Shown here: piece after piece, positions 1 to 10,434 of the stretch
Numbering within the stretch: position 1 is the first letter of the stretch
How the letters are laid out: each line of letters begins with the position of its first letter
NCBI GenBank assembly: GCA_963662275.1
Contig: OY759316.1
Span: forward strand, 2,595,820-2,659,819
Source of the DNA: Candidatus Cloacimonadales bacterium
Lineage (GTDB): Bacteria > Cloacimonadota > Cloacimonadia > Cloacimonadales > DAONDQ01
DNA length: 64,000 nt
Reading direction: 5' to 3'
Translations under genes and position numbers: made by a program
Notes under the pieces: generated by a model
Told to the model about the DNA's origin: nothing
Databases searched by the model: none
The model's input: the letters and a program-made list of their open reading frames with translations, nothing else

Positions 1-975
1 AGTCTTGCAAGCTTGTATCATTCCCAAGCTAAATATGACCAAGCAGAAATATACTATTTGAAAGTTTTGGCAATTCAAGAAAATGTGCTTGGTACAGAAC
101 ATCCTGAGGTGGCAGAAATTTTGAATACGCTAGCAGGTTTGTATGGTGACTTGGGCAAATTTACCGAAGCTGAGCTACTTTTAATGAGAAGTTTGGAAAT
201 TTTCGAACGTTCTCTTAAAGAAAACTACCCCATAAAAACAACTACACTAACTAACTTAGGGTGGTTTTATGAATATCAAAGTAATTATGATCAAGCTGAA
301 CTTTATCACATAAGAGCCTTGGTTCTCCAAGAGAAGATACATGGTAATACTCATCCGGAAACTGCTGAGACTCTATTAAATCTGGCAGCGTTATACACAA
401 AACAAGGAAAATATAACGAAGCCGAACAACTTTTACTTAGAGCTTTGGAAATAAATGAAAATATTCTCGGACTAATGCATCCAAATACTGCTGAAACTCT
501 AAGTAACCTAGCATATCTGTATCGTTGCCAGGGTAAATATAAAGAATCGGAATTGCAATATTTACGGACATTAGATATAAGAAAAAATGTGTTTGGAGAA
601 GATCATCCCTATACTGCAAGAACAATATTTATGTTAGCTTCATTATTCATGTCTCAAAGAAAATACAACCAGGCAGAACAGCTTTACCTTAGAGCAAAGG
701 ATATCAGAGAAAAGATGTATGGTACTTACCATCCATCAACAGCAAACAGTTACAAGTATCTTGCTATTTTGTATAAAGCTCAAGGACTATTCGATAAGTC
801 AGAATCATTATTTTTAAAATCTCTGGAGATTAGAGAGAAAGTAATGGGTGTGGAAAACCCATGGACGAAAACTACATTGGAAGAGATAATTGATTTATAC
901 GAAAAAATGGGACAGCCAGACAAAGCAGCAGAATACAGAGCCAAACTTGATGAAATACAGAAAAAAGAAGACTAA
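1..975 (+). CDS. TPR-repeat protein (kinesin-light-chain-like TPR_10/12 repeats), 5' partial; reading frame is open from window position 1
   Basis: Repeated ~42-aa units with NLA.LY..QGKY.EAE consensus; frame open from nt 1 (SLASLYHSQAKYDQAE precedes the first Met). Confidence 0.8.
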   Translation, partial: SLASLYHSQAKYDQAEIYYLKVLAIQENVLGTEHPEVAEILNTLAGLYGDLGKFTEAELLLMRSLEIFERSLKENYPIKTTTLTNLGWFYEYQSNYDQAELYHIRALVLQEKIHGNTHPETAETLLNLAALYTKQGKYNEAEQLLLRALEINENILGLMHPNTAETLSNLAYLYRCQGKYKESELQYLRTLDIRKNVFGEDHPYTARTIFMLASLFMSQRKYNQAEQLYLRAKDIREKMYGTYHPSTANSYKYLAILYKAQGLFDKSESLFLKSLEIREKVMGVENPWTKTTLEEIIDLYEKMGQPDKAAEYRAKLDEIQKKED

Positions 976-1038
976 TCGAAAAACCTCATTTCGACTTCGC
1001 TCAATGACCGGAATCATTTGCGCAAGCTTTGGAAAAAT

Positions 1039-3024
1039 TTACTCAGTTGTAGGCTGTTCCTCAGCATTGAGAATCACAGTGAAAGTGGAGCCCTCACCAA
1101 GTTTGGAGGTGACCATTATCTTGCCCTGCAATTGTTTGACATACGTATTGCAGAGACCGATACCAAATCCAGTACCGCTTTCGGCGTTTGTTCCCTGTTT
1201 CAGCTCGGGAGTTCCCAGGAGGAGGTTTTCCATTCCCCTTGCGGAAATTCCAATACCTGTATCAATGATCTCGATTCGTACTTTATCATGCTCTTGGCGG
1301 ATTCGGACAGTCACAGATCCTTTTTCCGGTGTGAACTTTATGGCATTATGGATGAGATTGCGGACGATCGTGTGCAGGCAGTTTTTTTCAGCCATTGCCA
1401 GGACTTCCGGTTCTCCTTCGTATTTAAGATTCATGGACTTTAGCAGAGCAGAACTTTTATACATATTGATGCAATCATTCACGATAGGAACGATGTTGAG
1501 CTTCTCAATCTGATTCAGGTAGTGCTGCTGTTTATTACTCCAGGAAAGCATATCGCTCAGTAGGTTACCGGTATTGCTAAGTGAAAGTGTCAACTCCTTC
1601 AGTAAATCATCTGTTTCTTCCTCCGGGAAGTCTTTCATTTGAATCATATTGAGAAACTGAACGGAAGCCAATACCGGTCCTCTGACATCATGGGAGATCA
1701 CAGAAAACAGTTTATGCATCAGTGCATTTGAATTTTCCAGATCTGCATTCACCATATTCAGTAGGGTCGATTGTTCAGAAATCAATGTATTGAGGTTGGT
1801 GAGTTCTATATTTCTTTGCCTGTAGATTTCCGATTGTTCTTCGATCTTTTTTCTATAGTAATCAGCTTCCGACTTTGCGATCAGTATCTTGGGATTATCT
1901 TCAAGGATAAGAGAATACATTTTCGTAGATTTGTGCAGATATTGATAAGCAAGCTCGAATTTATTCTGCTTTGCGTAGAGTTTGCTCAGAAACTTACTAG
2001 AGCCTTGGATCACATGGAGTGAGTTTATCTCAGTTGCCAGTTCATAAGCCTTCAAACCGTATTCCTCAGCGATAGCTGTTTCATTTGTATCATAAGATAA
2101 CCACGCCAGCTTCACAAGCATTCCGGAAAGAGCTATTTTATCATCACCTTCCTCAAACAGGATGCGCGCCTTATGGAAGTACTCAAGGGCTGGGGAAAAT
2201 TTTTTTTGTCTATACAAAATGTTCCCCATGTTGGCATAAGTATTGCCTATTTCAAGGTCGTTGGCAAATGACTTCTTCAACTCCAATGATTTATTGGCAT
2301 AATCCAGTGCCAGATCAAACTTGCTCAAATCATCATAGACCATGCTCAGGTTACTGTAAGCGAAAGATAAGTAGCGGTAATTCTTAGTATTCTCAAAACT
2401 CAGTGCTGCTTTATTGTATAATTCCAGGGACTTGTCGAATTGCTTCAATTTCATATAAGAACTTGCCAGGTTGAAGAAATCGGTGGCAGTTTCGGTTTCT
2501 CTACCTAATTCTTCATCGATCTTTAAACATTGGTACTGGCATTCCAAGGCTTCCCTGTGACGGTCAGTCATAGAATAGGAAATGCCAAGATTGTTGTAGA
2601 TATCTGCCTGGGTCTTGGTGTCAGTGATTTCCGTAAGAAGATTTATCCAGCCTTCAATTGCTTTCAAATAATCTGATCGGATGGCGCTGAGAATACAGAT
2701 GCCATTCACTGCTTTAACTTTAAAGGATTTGTCATCCACATTCTTACACATCTGGAGGGAAGCTTCATATGCTTTCTTAGATCGTTCAAAATCACCGATT
2801 TTAGCACAGGCATCACCTAACCCAAGATGCAATTTAAGACACGTTTCCAGTTCCATATTACTGACATCTCCAGCTAGAAGATCACTGATATCTGTAATCA
2901 GGCTAGAGATTTGCTTCTTATCAAGTTTGTTAATACTCGTACAAGAATCAAGTGCAGCTTTGATTTGTGGACTAGTTTCAAGAATTTTGTTGTTCATATT
3001 TTTTACCTTATCAAGAAAATACAA
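1039..3024 (-). CDS. Sensor histidine kinase with N-terminal TPR repeats (HisKA + HATPase_c C-terminus)
   Basis: H-box SHDVRGPVLASV, G-boxes GTGFGIGL and GEGSTFTV at the C-terminus; N-terminal two thirds is TPR-like; no TM segments seen. Confidence 0.8.
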   Translation of the reverse strand: MYFLDKVKNMNNKILETSPQIKAALDSCTSINKLDKKQISSLITDISDLLAGDVSNMELETCLKLHLGLGDACAKIGDFERSKKAYEASLQMCKNVDDKSFKVKAVNGICILSAIRSDYLKAIEGWINLLTEITDTKTQADIYNNLGISYSMTDRHREALECQYQCLKIDEELGRETETATDFFNLASSYMKLKQFDKSLELYNKAALSFENTKNYRYLSFAYSNLSMVYDDLSKFDLALDYANKSLELKKSFANDLEIGNTYANMGNILYRQKKFSPALEYFHKARILFEEGDDKIALSGMLVKLAWLSYDTNETAIAEEYGLKAYELATEINSLHVIQGSSKFLSKLYAKQNKFELAYQYLHKSTKMYSLILEDNPKILIAKSEADYYRKKIEEQSEIYRQRNIELTNLNTLISEQSTLLNMVNADLENSNALMHKLFSVISHDVRGPVLASVQFLNMIQMKDFPEEETDDLLKELTLSLSNTGNLLSDMLSWSNKQQHYLNQIEKLNIVPIVNDCINMYKSSALLKSMNLKYEGEPEVLAMAEKNCLHTIVRNLIHNAIKFTPEKGSVTVRIRQEHDKVRIEIIDTGIGISARGMENLLLGTPELKQGTNAESGTGFGIGLCNTYVKQLQGKIMVTSKLGEGSTFTVILNAEEQPTTE

Positions 3025-3580
3025 ATGACAATATTTAAGTCAAGGGAATTTAATCCAAACAATACAATGCTTCAGCATATTGAAAGTATACACGACCCAA
3101 CTGGGGAGCGATAAATACACCAATAAAATGAAAATGCAGTAATCTGTTTTGCGGCATACTGAGAGATAAATAATCTACTCTCCAATTCTTGCTATCTTTC
3201 TCCCTTGTTTATACCTGATCAAATGCAAGTCCAAACAGGAATAAATTGTGGCATATGAGAAGTATCTCTATCAGACAATATAACAAAGAAGAAGAATGAG
3301 ATTAAAAGCTGATTCATAATGTAATTGAGTCCTGAATCTCGATCGTATTTAAAAGACTCTATATTATATTATAGTACTTGTTAAACTTCAGCAAAGTTTA
3401 AGATTCATATGGAAAATCAAGTATTTTATATAACAATAAATACAGTAATAATTTACTTGACTATATTCAAATGTATTTGTAAAATTGACATGTTTAAGTA
3501 AATTATTGAAAAATTCGTAATCAATTGAATTCAAGAATTATACTTATCCAAATTCATAACCCATATCAAGGAGGAAAAAA

Positions 3581-4885
3581 ATGAAAGTAATCACGATCAG
3601 TTTTTGTCTGCTTCTACTAGTTTTTGGCTTATCAGCGTTAACTCAAGCAATTGATTTCAACAGTACAAGTGATTTATCGACTTATTTTAATCCTGGACCT
3701 GACAATGATTTTACAAACATCAGTAATAATGGTATTGGTGATACCGGATGTGTGCAAGTCTCCTATTTAAATATGGGTGAGACAAGAGTATATACTATGA
3801 AAACGGGATTGAATATTAACCAGATTGATACTCAATACACAATTAGTGCGTATTTTTATAATTCTTCCAATGGCGGTTATGCTGGTTTAGGTTTTTCCAC
3901 TGCAAATTCAAACATTAGTGGACCTGCCTGTAAAATTACCTCTTCTCCTGCTGTTGGAATGCAATTTTACGGTTCTGGGGCTACCTTTTATAATAATTTG
4001 ATTGGGCTTTACGGTGGTAGCTATTCTCCAGATATAGCCATGCCATCATGGTTTAGATTGCAGTATATTATCACTCCCAGGGGTGCTGGCTTATATGATG
4101 CAATGTATGTACTTCACCGATTTGATAATGCCGGGAACGTAATTTCATTAGTGTTTTCCCAAAGTACATCATTCACACATCTGACACTTGCAAATGGAAT
4201 GGTATATCCATATTTTGCTATAGATGGTCATAGATTCGACTATATTGATAATTTTGGAGTAGCAACTCCTAATGATATCGAATTACCTGTTACATTATCA
4301 TCTTTCACAGCAACTGTTACTTCACAGATGTTAGTAAACCTGCAGTGGATTACGGAATCTGAAACCAATAACCTTGGCTTCAACATCTATCGTTCCAATA
4401 ATTCCAACATCGAAAACGCTGTAAAACTGAACAGTGAGATTATTAACGGAACGAATACTACTACACAGCATAATTACAATTTCACTGATCCTGAAGTTGA
4501 AAATGGCTTAACCTATTATTATTGGATCGAAAGTGTTGATTTTAATAATGATTCGCATTTCAGTAATTATGCAACAGCTACAGTCACTGGAGCGAATGTT
4601 CCTATTATTCCACAGGCAACCGCTTTGAAAAACGCCTCCCCGAATCCTTTCCAATCAAACAGCAATACCAAGATCGGATTTGATGTAAAGTCCGGTGAAA
4701 TAGCGACTTTGACAATTTATAATATGCGCGGACAGGTAGTACAAAATTATACACGTTCAGAGGGAAGCCATGAAATTACTTGGAATGGACGTGATGCCCA
4801 GAATAAAGCATGCAGCGCTGGTGTTTATCTCTATAAGTTAAGTTCACCCAGTAGCTATGTTACAAAAAAGCTAATTCTTCAATAA
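3581..4885 (+). CDS. Secreted protein with T9SS (Por) C-terminal sorting domain
   Basis: N-terminal signal peptide MKVITISFCLLLLVFGLSALTQA; C-terminal PNPF...TLTIYNMRGQVV...GVYLYKL CTD motif; RBS GGAGGA upstream of the start. Confidence 0.8.
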   Translation: MKVITISFCLLLLVFGLSALTQAIDFNSTSDLSTYFNPGPDNDFTNISNNGIGDTGCVQVSYLNMGETRVYTMKTGLNINQIDTQYTISAYFYNSSNGGYAGLGFSTANSNISGPACKITSSPAVGMQFYGSGATFYNNLIGLYGGSYSPDIAMPSWFRLQYIITPRGAGLYDAMYVLHRFDNAGNVISLVFSQSTSFTHLTLANGMVYPYFAIDGHRFDYIDNFGVATPNDIELPVTLSSFTATVTSQMLVNLQWITESETNNLGFNIYRSNNSNIENAVKLNSEIINGTNTTTQHNYNFTDPEVENGLTYYYWIESVDFNNDSHFSNYATATVTGANVPIIPQATALKNASPNPFQSNSNTKIGFDVKSGEIATLTIYNMRGQVVQNYTRSEGSHEITWNGRDAQNKACSAGVYLYKLSSPSSYVTKKLILQ

Positions 4886-4899
4886 CAAATTTCAATCAT

Positions 4900-4936
4900 A
4901 AAAAGGGTAGGCGAAAGTCTACCCTTTCTCTTTTAC
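4900..4936 (+). terminator. Rho-independent terminator between convergent genes
   Basis: GGGTAGGCGAAAGTCTACCC hairpin followed by a T-run. Confidence 0.6.
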
Positions 4937-4960
4937 TGAAACGCTGAAAAGACAAATATT

Positions 4961-5992
4961 TCAGAACTGCAAATCACTTCTCCCAATGCTTTGCAGGGCT
5001 TTGTTGCAAATCTCAGGGAAGTTCTGGGGATTTTTCAATGTTTCAAACACAACATCCTTCCCAAAACAGTCATGGATAATACCCCAAAGATCATTGCCGA
5101 AAGTATATAATCTGTAGTGTACTAATTTGGGTATATCCCCAAGCTTTTGATCTTTTGTCAGTGAATTTCTCCAATACTCGTCAATATGTTTCTCTAAATC
5201 TTCTAATGATTTAATTTCCTGTTGCCTGATTCTTCTAATAGTCTCTTTAAATTGTATCATCGTGTTATCAAAATCATTGTTTAGATACTTCCATGTAAAG
5301 CTATCCAATCCTATATTCTTAGGTCCGTCGTATATGGCTTTCGATAAGATACCTTCAGCATTATTACAATATTTAACTGCTAATCCCTCTCCGGATAAAT
5401 ACAAATAAAACATAGATTCGAGTGATAATGTATTGATATCCATTTCTTTAAAGATTACATTCCACCCAACATGATGCACTTCATGAGCAATTGTAGAATA
5501 CAAATCCTTTGATGATTTCTCTTTGATCAGTTGAATGAAATCAAAATGCATTCCATTTCCATAAACATAGCCAAAACTAGGACCTAATCCGATCGTAGAA
5601 ATAAATCTCATTTCAGGGAGTTGGATATCGTCAGGTAAGCCTTTTAAAGCATAATTGATTTGCTCTTGAAAGATAGATTTCTTAAATATCTTGGGTAATT
5701 CTTTTTCCTTAGCATCATACAATTCCAAATTAGCCAATAAATATTGATAATATTTATGGTGCCACTTCAATCGTCCATTACTAATATGATCCTCATCCAA
5801 GTTGGGTAAATCAAGAAAATATGAAATGAATTCTGCTTCAGATATTTTATTTTTGTATCGTGATAACTCAAACTGATAGTCTTCATGATTTAATAATTGA
5901 CGAATTTCTTCCTCTTTTAAATCTCCAGTTTTCAGCTTATGACACAATTGAAGCATCTCAAGAATACTTGAATAACTTATACTGAACTCCAT
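4961..5992 (-). CDS. Hypothetical protein with HExxH motif (possible zinc-dependent peptidase)
   Basis: AHEVHHVGW HExxH motif; no other recognisable signature. Confidence 0.4.
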   Translation of the reverse strand: MEFSISYSSILEMLQLCHKLKTGDLKEEEIRQLLNHEDYQFELSRYKNKISEAEFISYFLDLPNLDEDHISNGRLKWHHKYYQYLLANLELYDAKEKELPKIFKKSIFQEQINYALKGLPDDIQLPEMRFISTIGLGPSFGYVYGNGMHFDFIQLIKEKSSKDLYSTIAHEVHHVGWNVIFKEMDINTLSLESMFYLYLSGEGLAVKYCNNAEGILSKAIYDGPKNIGLDSFTWKYLNNDFDNTMIQFKETIRRIRQQEIKSLEDLEKHIDEYWRNSLTKDQKLGDIPKLVHYRLYTFGNDLWGIIHDCFGKDVVFETLKNPQNFPEICNKALQSIGRSDLQF

Positions 5993-6091
5993 ATCATTAT
6001 CCTCCTCTGATAGCGATCATGCTAATAACATATCGATAAATAGCTTTCTCGTCAAGGACTTTCTGGGAATCATTTCCATATCTGGAAATAT

Positions 6092-6940
6092 CTAGAAAAT
6101 CAGGGATGTGATACTTTCTTTTTTGAAGCCAACTGATTCATAGAGTGCAACAGCAGGCTTTGCAGAGTAGTAGACATGAAGATAGATAGGATTTGTATTG
6201 CATCTTTGCAAGTACCGCAGTATTAGCTCTTTGCCGATTCCTTTACCAACATGGTCGGGATGAACACACATGCAAAATAGGTAGTTTTTAATATCACCAA
6301 TTACTAAGCCATTACAGCTTCCTATGATTTCACCTTTAAGCCTGCAAATCTCAGTTATTTTGGGATGCGGTACTTCTTTAAAATTCATAATTTGCGTCTT
6401 CCAATTACTACTCATATAAGGTTTATCCTGGTAAAAGCACTTCTGATGAAATTCTATCAATTCTTCATAATTCGTTATCTCATTTTCCCAAGTAAGTCCC
6501 TTATTCTGAAATTGTATTTTTGATTCATTTTCACGATATTCTCTGCAATACTTGATTGTATAGTCCTGTATTTTGATAAAATCCCTCAGCAATGATGTCA
6601 AATCCATACTGTCGAATTTCTTCATGATGACAATATAAGAAATCTGTTTGTCCGTATTTTTGAGGTATTGGATATGTTCTGCAAAGTCACATACATCTTT
6701 TTCAGTTAGGCAGGCATTGATATAGTAATATAGAAAGATGACACTATTTTTTACCTTGAAGTAATAGAAACCCATTACAAGTGCCTGCTTTTGAAGAATA
6801 AACAACTTCTCTTCAGTATTGATGATTTCTATAATTTCTTCTTGATAATCTGTTTTTGAAAAAGAGGAGGTAACCAGGGAGGCTTCATTTGCAGCAAGGT
6901 CTTTCAAAGGGGTGATCTTAATCATAGCAATTTCTACCAT
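6092..6940 (-). CDS. GNAT family N-acetyltransferase (C-terminal GNAT domain)
   Basis: VHPDHVGKGIGKELILRYLQRC matches the GNAT motif A (Q/RxxGxG/A). Confidence 0.6.
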   Translation of the reverse strand: MVEIAMIKITPLKDLAANEASLVTSSFSKTDYQEEIIEIINTEEKLFILQKQALVMGFYYFKVKNSVIFLYYYINACLTEKDVCDFAEHIQYLKNTDKQISYIVIMKKFDSMDLTSLLRDFIKIQDYTIKYCREYRENESKIQFQNKGLTWENEITNYEELIEFHQKCFYQDKPYMSSNWKTQIMNFKEVPHPKITEICRLKGEIIGSCNGLVIGDIKNYLFCMCVHPDHVGKGIGKELILRYLQRCNTNPIYLHVYYSAKPAVALYESVGFKKESITSLIF

Positions 6941-7108
6941 CGTAACTCCTCATCTATAACTGATACTGATTTAAGAGGCAAATCATTATTTTATTCTTTA
7001 TTTAATGATTTTTTATTGTCAAATTTTATTAATTATTCCGTTTTGATTTTTTTGAAACGCTCAAGCTTAATATATTGTTTGTAAATACGCTTTTATGAAG
7101 GAGCCTAT

Positions 7109-8335
7109 ATGTCATCTGAAATGATCTTGAAGATAACATCCTGTCTAGATGAACTTTGTACAAAATACCCCGACAGATCTGTTGGCAGTGCCGGTAATCA
7201 TCATGCGACACGTCTCTTTCGTAAAATAGCATCAGAGTTGGGTTTCCACGTTGAAGAACAAGCCTTTGATTGTCTGGATTGGCAGGATGGTGAAGTTATT
7301 CTTCAATGTGAAAAAAATAATTTCAATGCTTATGCTTCTTCTTATTCAAATGGCTGTAACATAGTTACTGAACTCGTTGAAGCAGATACAATTGAAAAGC
7401 TGGAATTGCTAAATTGTGAGGGCAAGATTCTATTCCTGCATGGAGAACTAACTATCTCCCCCATTATGCCTAAGAATTTCGTGTTCTATAACCCTGAAGA
7501 ACATCAGAATCTCATCGCTCTGCTGGAATCAAAAGAGCCTGCAGCTATCATCACTGCTTCCGGGAGTTGCCCTGAGTTGACTGGTGCCATCTATCCCTTC
7601 CCCGTTTTTGAGGATGGTGATTTTGATATTCCATCCGTATTCATGACTGATACAGAGGGAAACAAACTTTTACCCTATGCAGGACAGAACTTCATATTGA
7701 AATCACATGCCTGTCGCAAGAAAACAAAGGCTAAGCATATCGTTGCCGGAAAAGGAAATCCTAATGCCGGTAAAATTGTCATCAGTGCGCATATCGATAC
7801 AAAGAAGGGCACACCGGGTGCTTTGGATAACGCAGGCGGGGTTATCGTTCTTCTCATCCTAATGGAATTGCTTAAAGATTATGATGGAAATTTTCAATTG
7901 GAATTTGTACCTTTCAATGGTGAAGATTATTATGGTGTTCCAAGCCAAATGCTCTATCTCATCGATAATCAGGATGCATTGGATAAAATAGCAATGAATA
8001 TCAATCTTGATGCAGCAGGTTTGATTGGTGAACGAACGGGTATCTCCTATTACGATGTTAGGGATGAATTGAAAAGAAAAGCTGAATCTATCTTCTCAGA
8101 TGAAACGCACTATGTTGAAGCTGAACAGTGGTACCAGGGCGATCACATGATCTTTGTGATGAATGATGTTCCTGCCATTGCCATATCGACTGAGAATATT
8201 ATGAAAGTCCTATCTGAAGTGGCTCACACAAAAAAGGATATACCCGGACTAGTTGATCCTGCAATTCTGTTGGATATTGCTTTGAAACTGAAAGAGCTGA
8301 TTACAGCTTTAACGCGATCAAATGATAGCAATTAA
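7109..8335 (+). CDS. M28 family zinc peptidase / aminopeptidase-like protein
   Basis: HIDTKKGTPGALDNAGGV, FNGEDYYG and NLDAAG motifs typical of the M28 metal-binding residues. Confidence 0.65.
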   Translation: MSSEMILKITSCLDELCTKYPDRSVGSAGNHHATRLFRKIASELGFHVEEQAFDCLDWQDGEVILQCEKNNFNAYASSYSNGCNIVTELVEADTIEKLELLNCEGKILFLHGELTISPIMPKNFVFYNPEEHQNLIALLESKEPAAIITASGSCPELTGAIYPFPVFEDGDFDIPSVFMTDTEGNKLLPYAGQNFILKSHACRKKTKAKHIVAGKGNPNAGKIVISAHIDTKKGTPGALDNAGGVIVLLILMELLKDYDGNFQLEFVPFNGEDYYGVPSQMLYLIDNQDALDKIAMNINLDAAGLIGERTGISYYDVRDELKRKAESIFSDETHYVEAEQWYQGDHMIFVMNDVPAIAISTENIMKVLSEVAHTKKDIPGLVDPAILLDIALKLKELITALTRSNDSN

Positions 8336-8381
8336 ACGTTAAAAAATCGAGATGTCTTCGACAAAAAGAATGATTATTTTC

Positions 8382-9500
8382 TTATTTCAACAGCAGCATC
8401 TTCCTGATATTGGTATTCTTACTATCGACTTTCAATCTGCAGAAATAAAGACCGCTGCAGACACACTTGCCTTCCTCATCTAATCCTCCCCAAAGAAGAT
8501 TGTGCGTGCCTGCAGCGTATGACATATCTGTTAATGTTTTCACTTTCTGTCCTTTCATATTATAGATTGTAATTTCAACTTGAGATTTGTTAGTTACATT
8601 AAAGCTAACAGTCGTCTCTGGATTGAAAGGATTTGGGTAATTGGTTAGCTGATCATGAGTAGTGAAAACACTCGTCTGATCATCGATTCCTGTTGCCAGG
8701 GATACTCTTACCCAGTCACCTGCGATATAGTAAGTTAACAGAATGGAATGGTCTCTTGAATCATACGTGGGATATACGAAGTGATTTCCGGCAAAGATCA
8801 ATGTCGGAGCTGAAGAGAAATTGGCATCTTCCCGATATAATCCTAATAGATAATAACCAGCGATATAGTAAGTACCATCTACATCCCTGACGATACCGTC
8901 AGGATTGTTAAGTGTGGTTGTTGCTAGTGTTGTAAATGTGGAATCGGAAAGACTCACTGCATAAATATGACTATTATAAGCATCACTGATGACAACAATG
9001 CGGTTGTTCTCTCTTTCCAGTAAAATGCCATTGGGTTTCACCAAACTATCGTTCGCCACGAAAGTCCAGTAAGAGTGATCACTGATTCTATACTTGTAAA
9101 TTGTATTCAGGCTTGGACACGAGATGAAGAGATGCCCCAATGAATCGGAAGCAATACTTGATAAATACTTTGTACTTTCTCCAGCAAAAGTGAAATTTAA
9201 AATCTGTTCATCTGTATTCAGATCATAGGCTATTAATTTACGTCCATTCCCAATCCCAAAGACAGTATCTCCCACGATTTCCATCCCATCAACAAAACCC
9301 GCATCCTGATCTAAATAAGTTTGATTTCCATCACTATCTATCTGTACTAGCGCTCCACCTCTTCCATTGGAAACCAATAAGCGATTACGAACAGCATCGA
9401 TAACAATCTTTTGAGGGTGACTGAGTAGATTTTGAGCCTGACTGAGTTGAGGAATTGTTAAGCAGATTAAGACGAAAATTAGCGTAATCATAGGTTTCAT
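8382..9500 (-). CDS. Secreted beta-propeller-like protein with T9SS C-terminal sorting domain
   Basis: NYPNPFNPETTVSF...ITIYNMKGQKVKTL...GLYFCRL CTD. The ORF track starts at 9554, but a signal peptide MKPMITLIFVLICLTIPQLSQAQ begins at the Met at 9500. Confidence 0.75.
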   Translation of the reverse strand: MKPMITLIFVLICLTIPQLSQAQNLLSHPQKIVIDAVRNRLLVSNGRGGALVQIDSDGNQTYLDQDAGFVDGMEIVGDTVFGIGNGRKLIAYDLNTDEQILNFTFAGESTKYLSSIASDSLGHLFISCPSLNTIYKYRISDHSYWTFVANDSLVKPNGILLERENNRIVVISDAYNSHIYAVSLSDSTFTTLATTTLNNPDGIVRDVDGTYYIAGYYLLGLYREDANFSSAPTLIFAGNHFVYPTYDSRDHSILLTYYIAGDWVRVSLATGIDDQTSVFTTHDQLTNYPNPFNPETTVSFNVTNKSQVEITIYNMKGQKVKTLTDMSYAAGTHNLLWGGLDEEGKCVCSGLYFCRLKVDSKNTNIRKMLLLK

Positions 9501-9582
9501 ATTTAGAATTTTTTGTATCTTTTCCGAACCTTGAACATCTTTCTTTTTCTTCACGCTTTGACTCCTTGCTTCCTGTTGAGAT

Positions 9583-10275
9583 TCAATTATTTTTAATCGC
9601 TGACATGAATAGATCTAAATACTGATAATAGAATTTCTCTTCATCAAAAACATCCTGGATTTGCTTGGTCTTTTCCGGACTGAAAGCTACATTCAGGATT
9701 GTCCTTAAAGTATATGCAAAGTACTTATCCAGGTAACCAGCATCAATGTTACCCCGTATGCTGTGATCCTGAATTCCTAATTCAAATGCATCCCTAACAA
9801 TGGCAATGATCCTATCGAGAAGATGGTCGAATTGATCATAAAGCTCCAACTCTATTTTACTCTTATCCAGTGAGTTGTAATCTTCATACAGATGCAGCTT
9901 GAAGTATCCCTGGTTCTGTTTATAGAAGTGATAATACTCTTCACCAAAAGCATAGATTTTAGCATAGCCCGTGCTCTTTCTATTCATTTTCTGGCTTAGT
10001 AATTCATATCTGCTTCTCATTCCCTCCAAGTGAATATGCATGAAGAGTTCTTCCTTGCTTTTTACGTAAGTGTAGAGTGTTGATTTGCTGAAACCTGCTG
10101 TTAAGGCAACTTCATCAATGGATGTATTTTCGTATCCTTTCTCAAAAAACAGCCTCTTTGCTACTTCGATAATAAAGTCTCTTTTCAGTTCTGCTTGTCT
10201 TTCTTTCAAACTTAACTGTTCCATAATACCTCTATTTTGTGAAATACTACTTACAGTTCTATAAATCGTACTCAC
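9583..10275 (-). CDS. TetR/AcrR family transcriptional regulator
   Basis: N-terminal HTH ERQAELKRDFIIEVAKRLFFEKGYENTSIDEVALTAGFSKSTLYTYVKSKEELF. Confidence 0.85.
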   Translation of the reverse strand: MSTIYRTVSSISQNRGIMEQLSLKERQAELKRDFIIEVAKRLFFEKGYENTSIDEVALTAGFSKSTLYTYVKSKEELFMHIHLEGMRSRYELLSQKMNRKSTGYAKIYAFGEEYYHFYKQNQGYFKLHLYEDYNSLDKSKIELELYDQFDHLLDRIIAIVRDAFELGIQDHSIRGNIDAGYLDKYFAYTLRTILNVAFSPEKTKQIQDVFDEEKFYYQYLDLFMSAIKNN

Positions 10276-10434
10276 GGTACGATTGTCAAGGGAATACTTG
10301 TAAAATATGTTTATGTTTCAAAAGTAGGAAATCATAATAATAAAAATTGACATCATAATAACAAATACAGTTTTTGTTAAAGTAATAGATAAATTTTGTT
10401 TATCGCTTTTGGGAAAATGAATAAGGGTGGGTAA
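10276..10434. promoter_or_regulatory. Divergent promoter/operator region between TetR and the HD/KaiC-like operon
   Basis: AT-rich 159 bp with TTGACA at ~10349 and direct repeats ATCATAATAA x2. Confidence 0.4.

Noticed and set aside
890-1513. Two overlapping plus-strand ORFs (207 aa and 141 aa)
   Set aside because: They are antisense to the C-terminal catalytic domain of the histidine kinase, which has clear H-box and G-box motifs. No motifs in these ORFs.
3100-3580. 480-bp AT-rich non-coding region upstream of the first T9SS cargo gene
   Set aside because: It looks like an ordinary promoter region with AT tracts and a GGAGGA RBS. No repeats or structure beyond that, so it is not reported as a finding.
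8693-8890. 65-aa plus-strand ORF and other 60-120 aa ORFs antisense to large T9SS, ABC and peptidase genes (e.g. 7675..7857, 24481..25165, 28301..28754, 45447..45995)
   Set aside because: All are embedded in longer, motif-supported genes on the opposite strand or a different frame.
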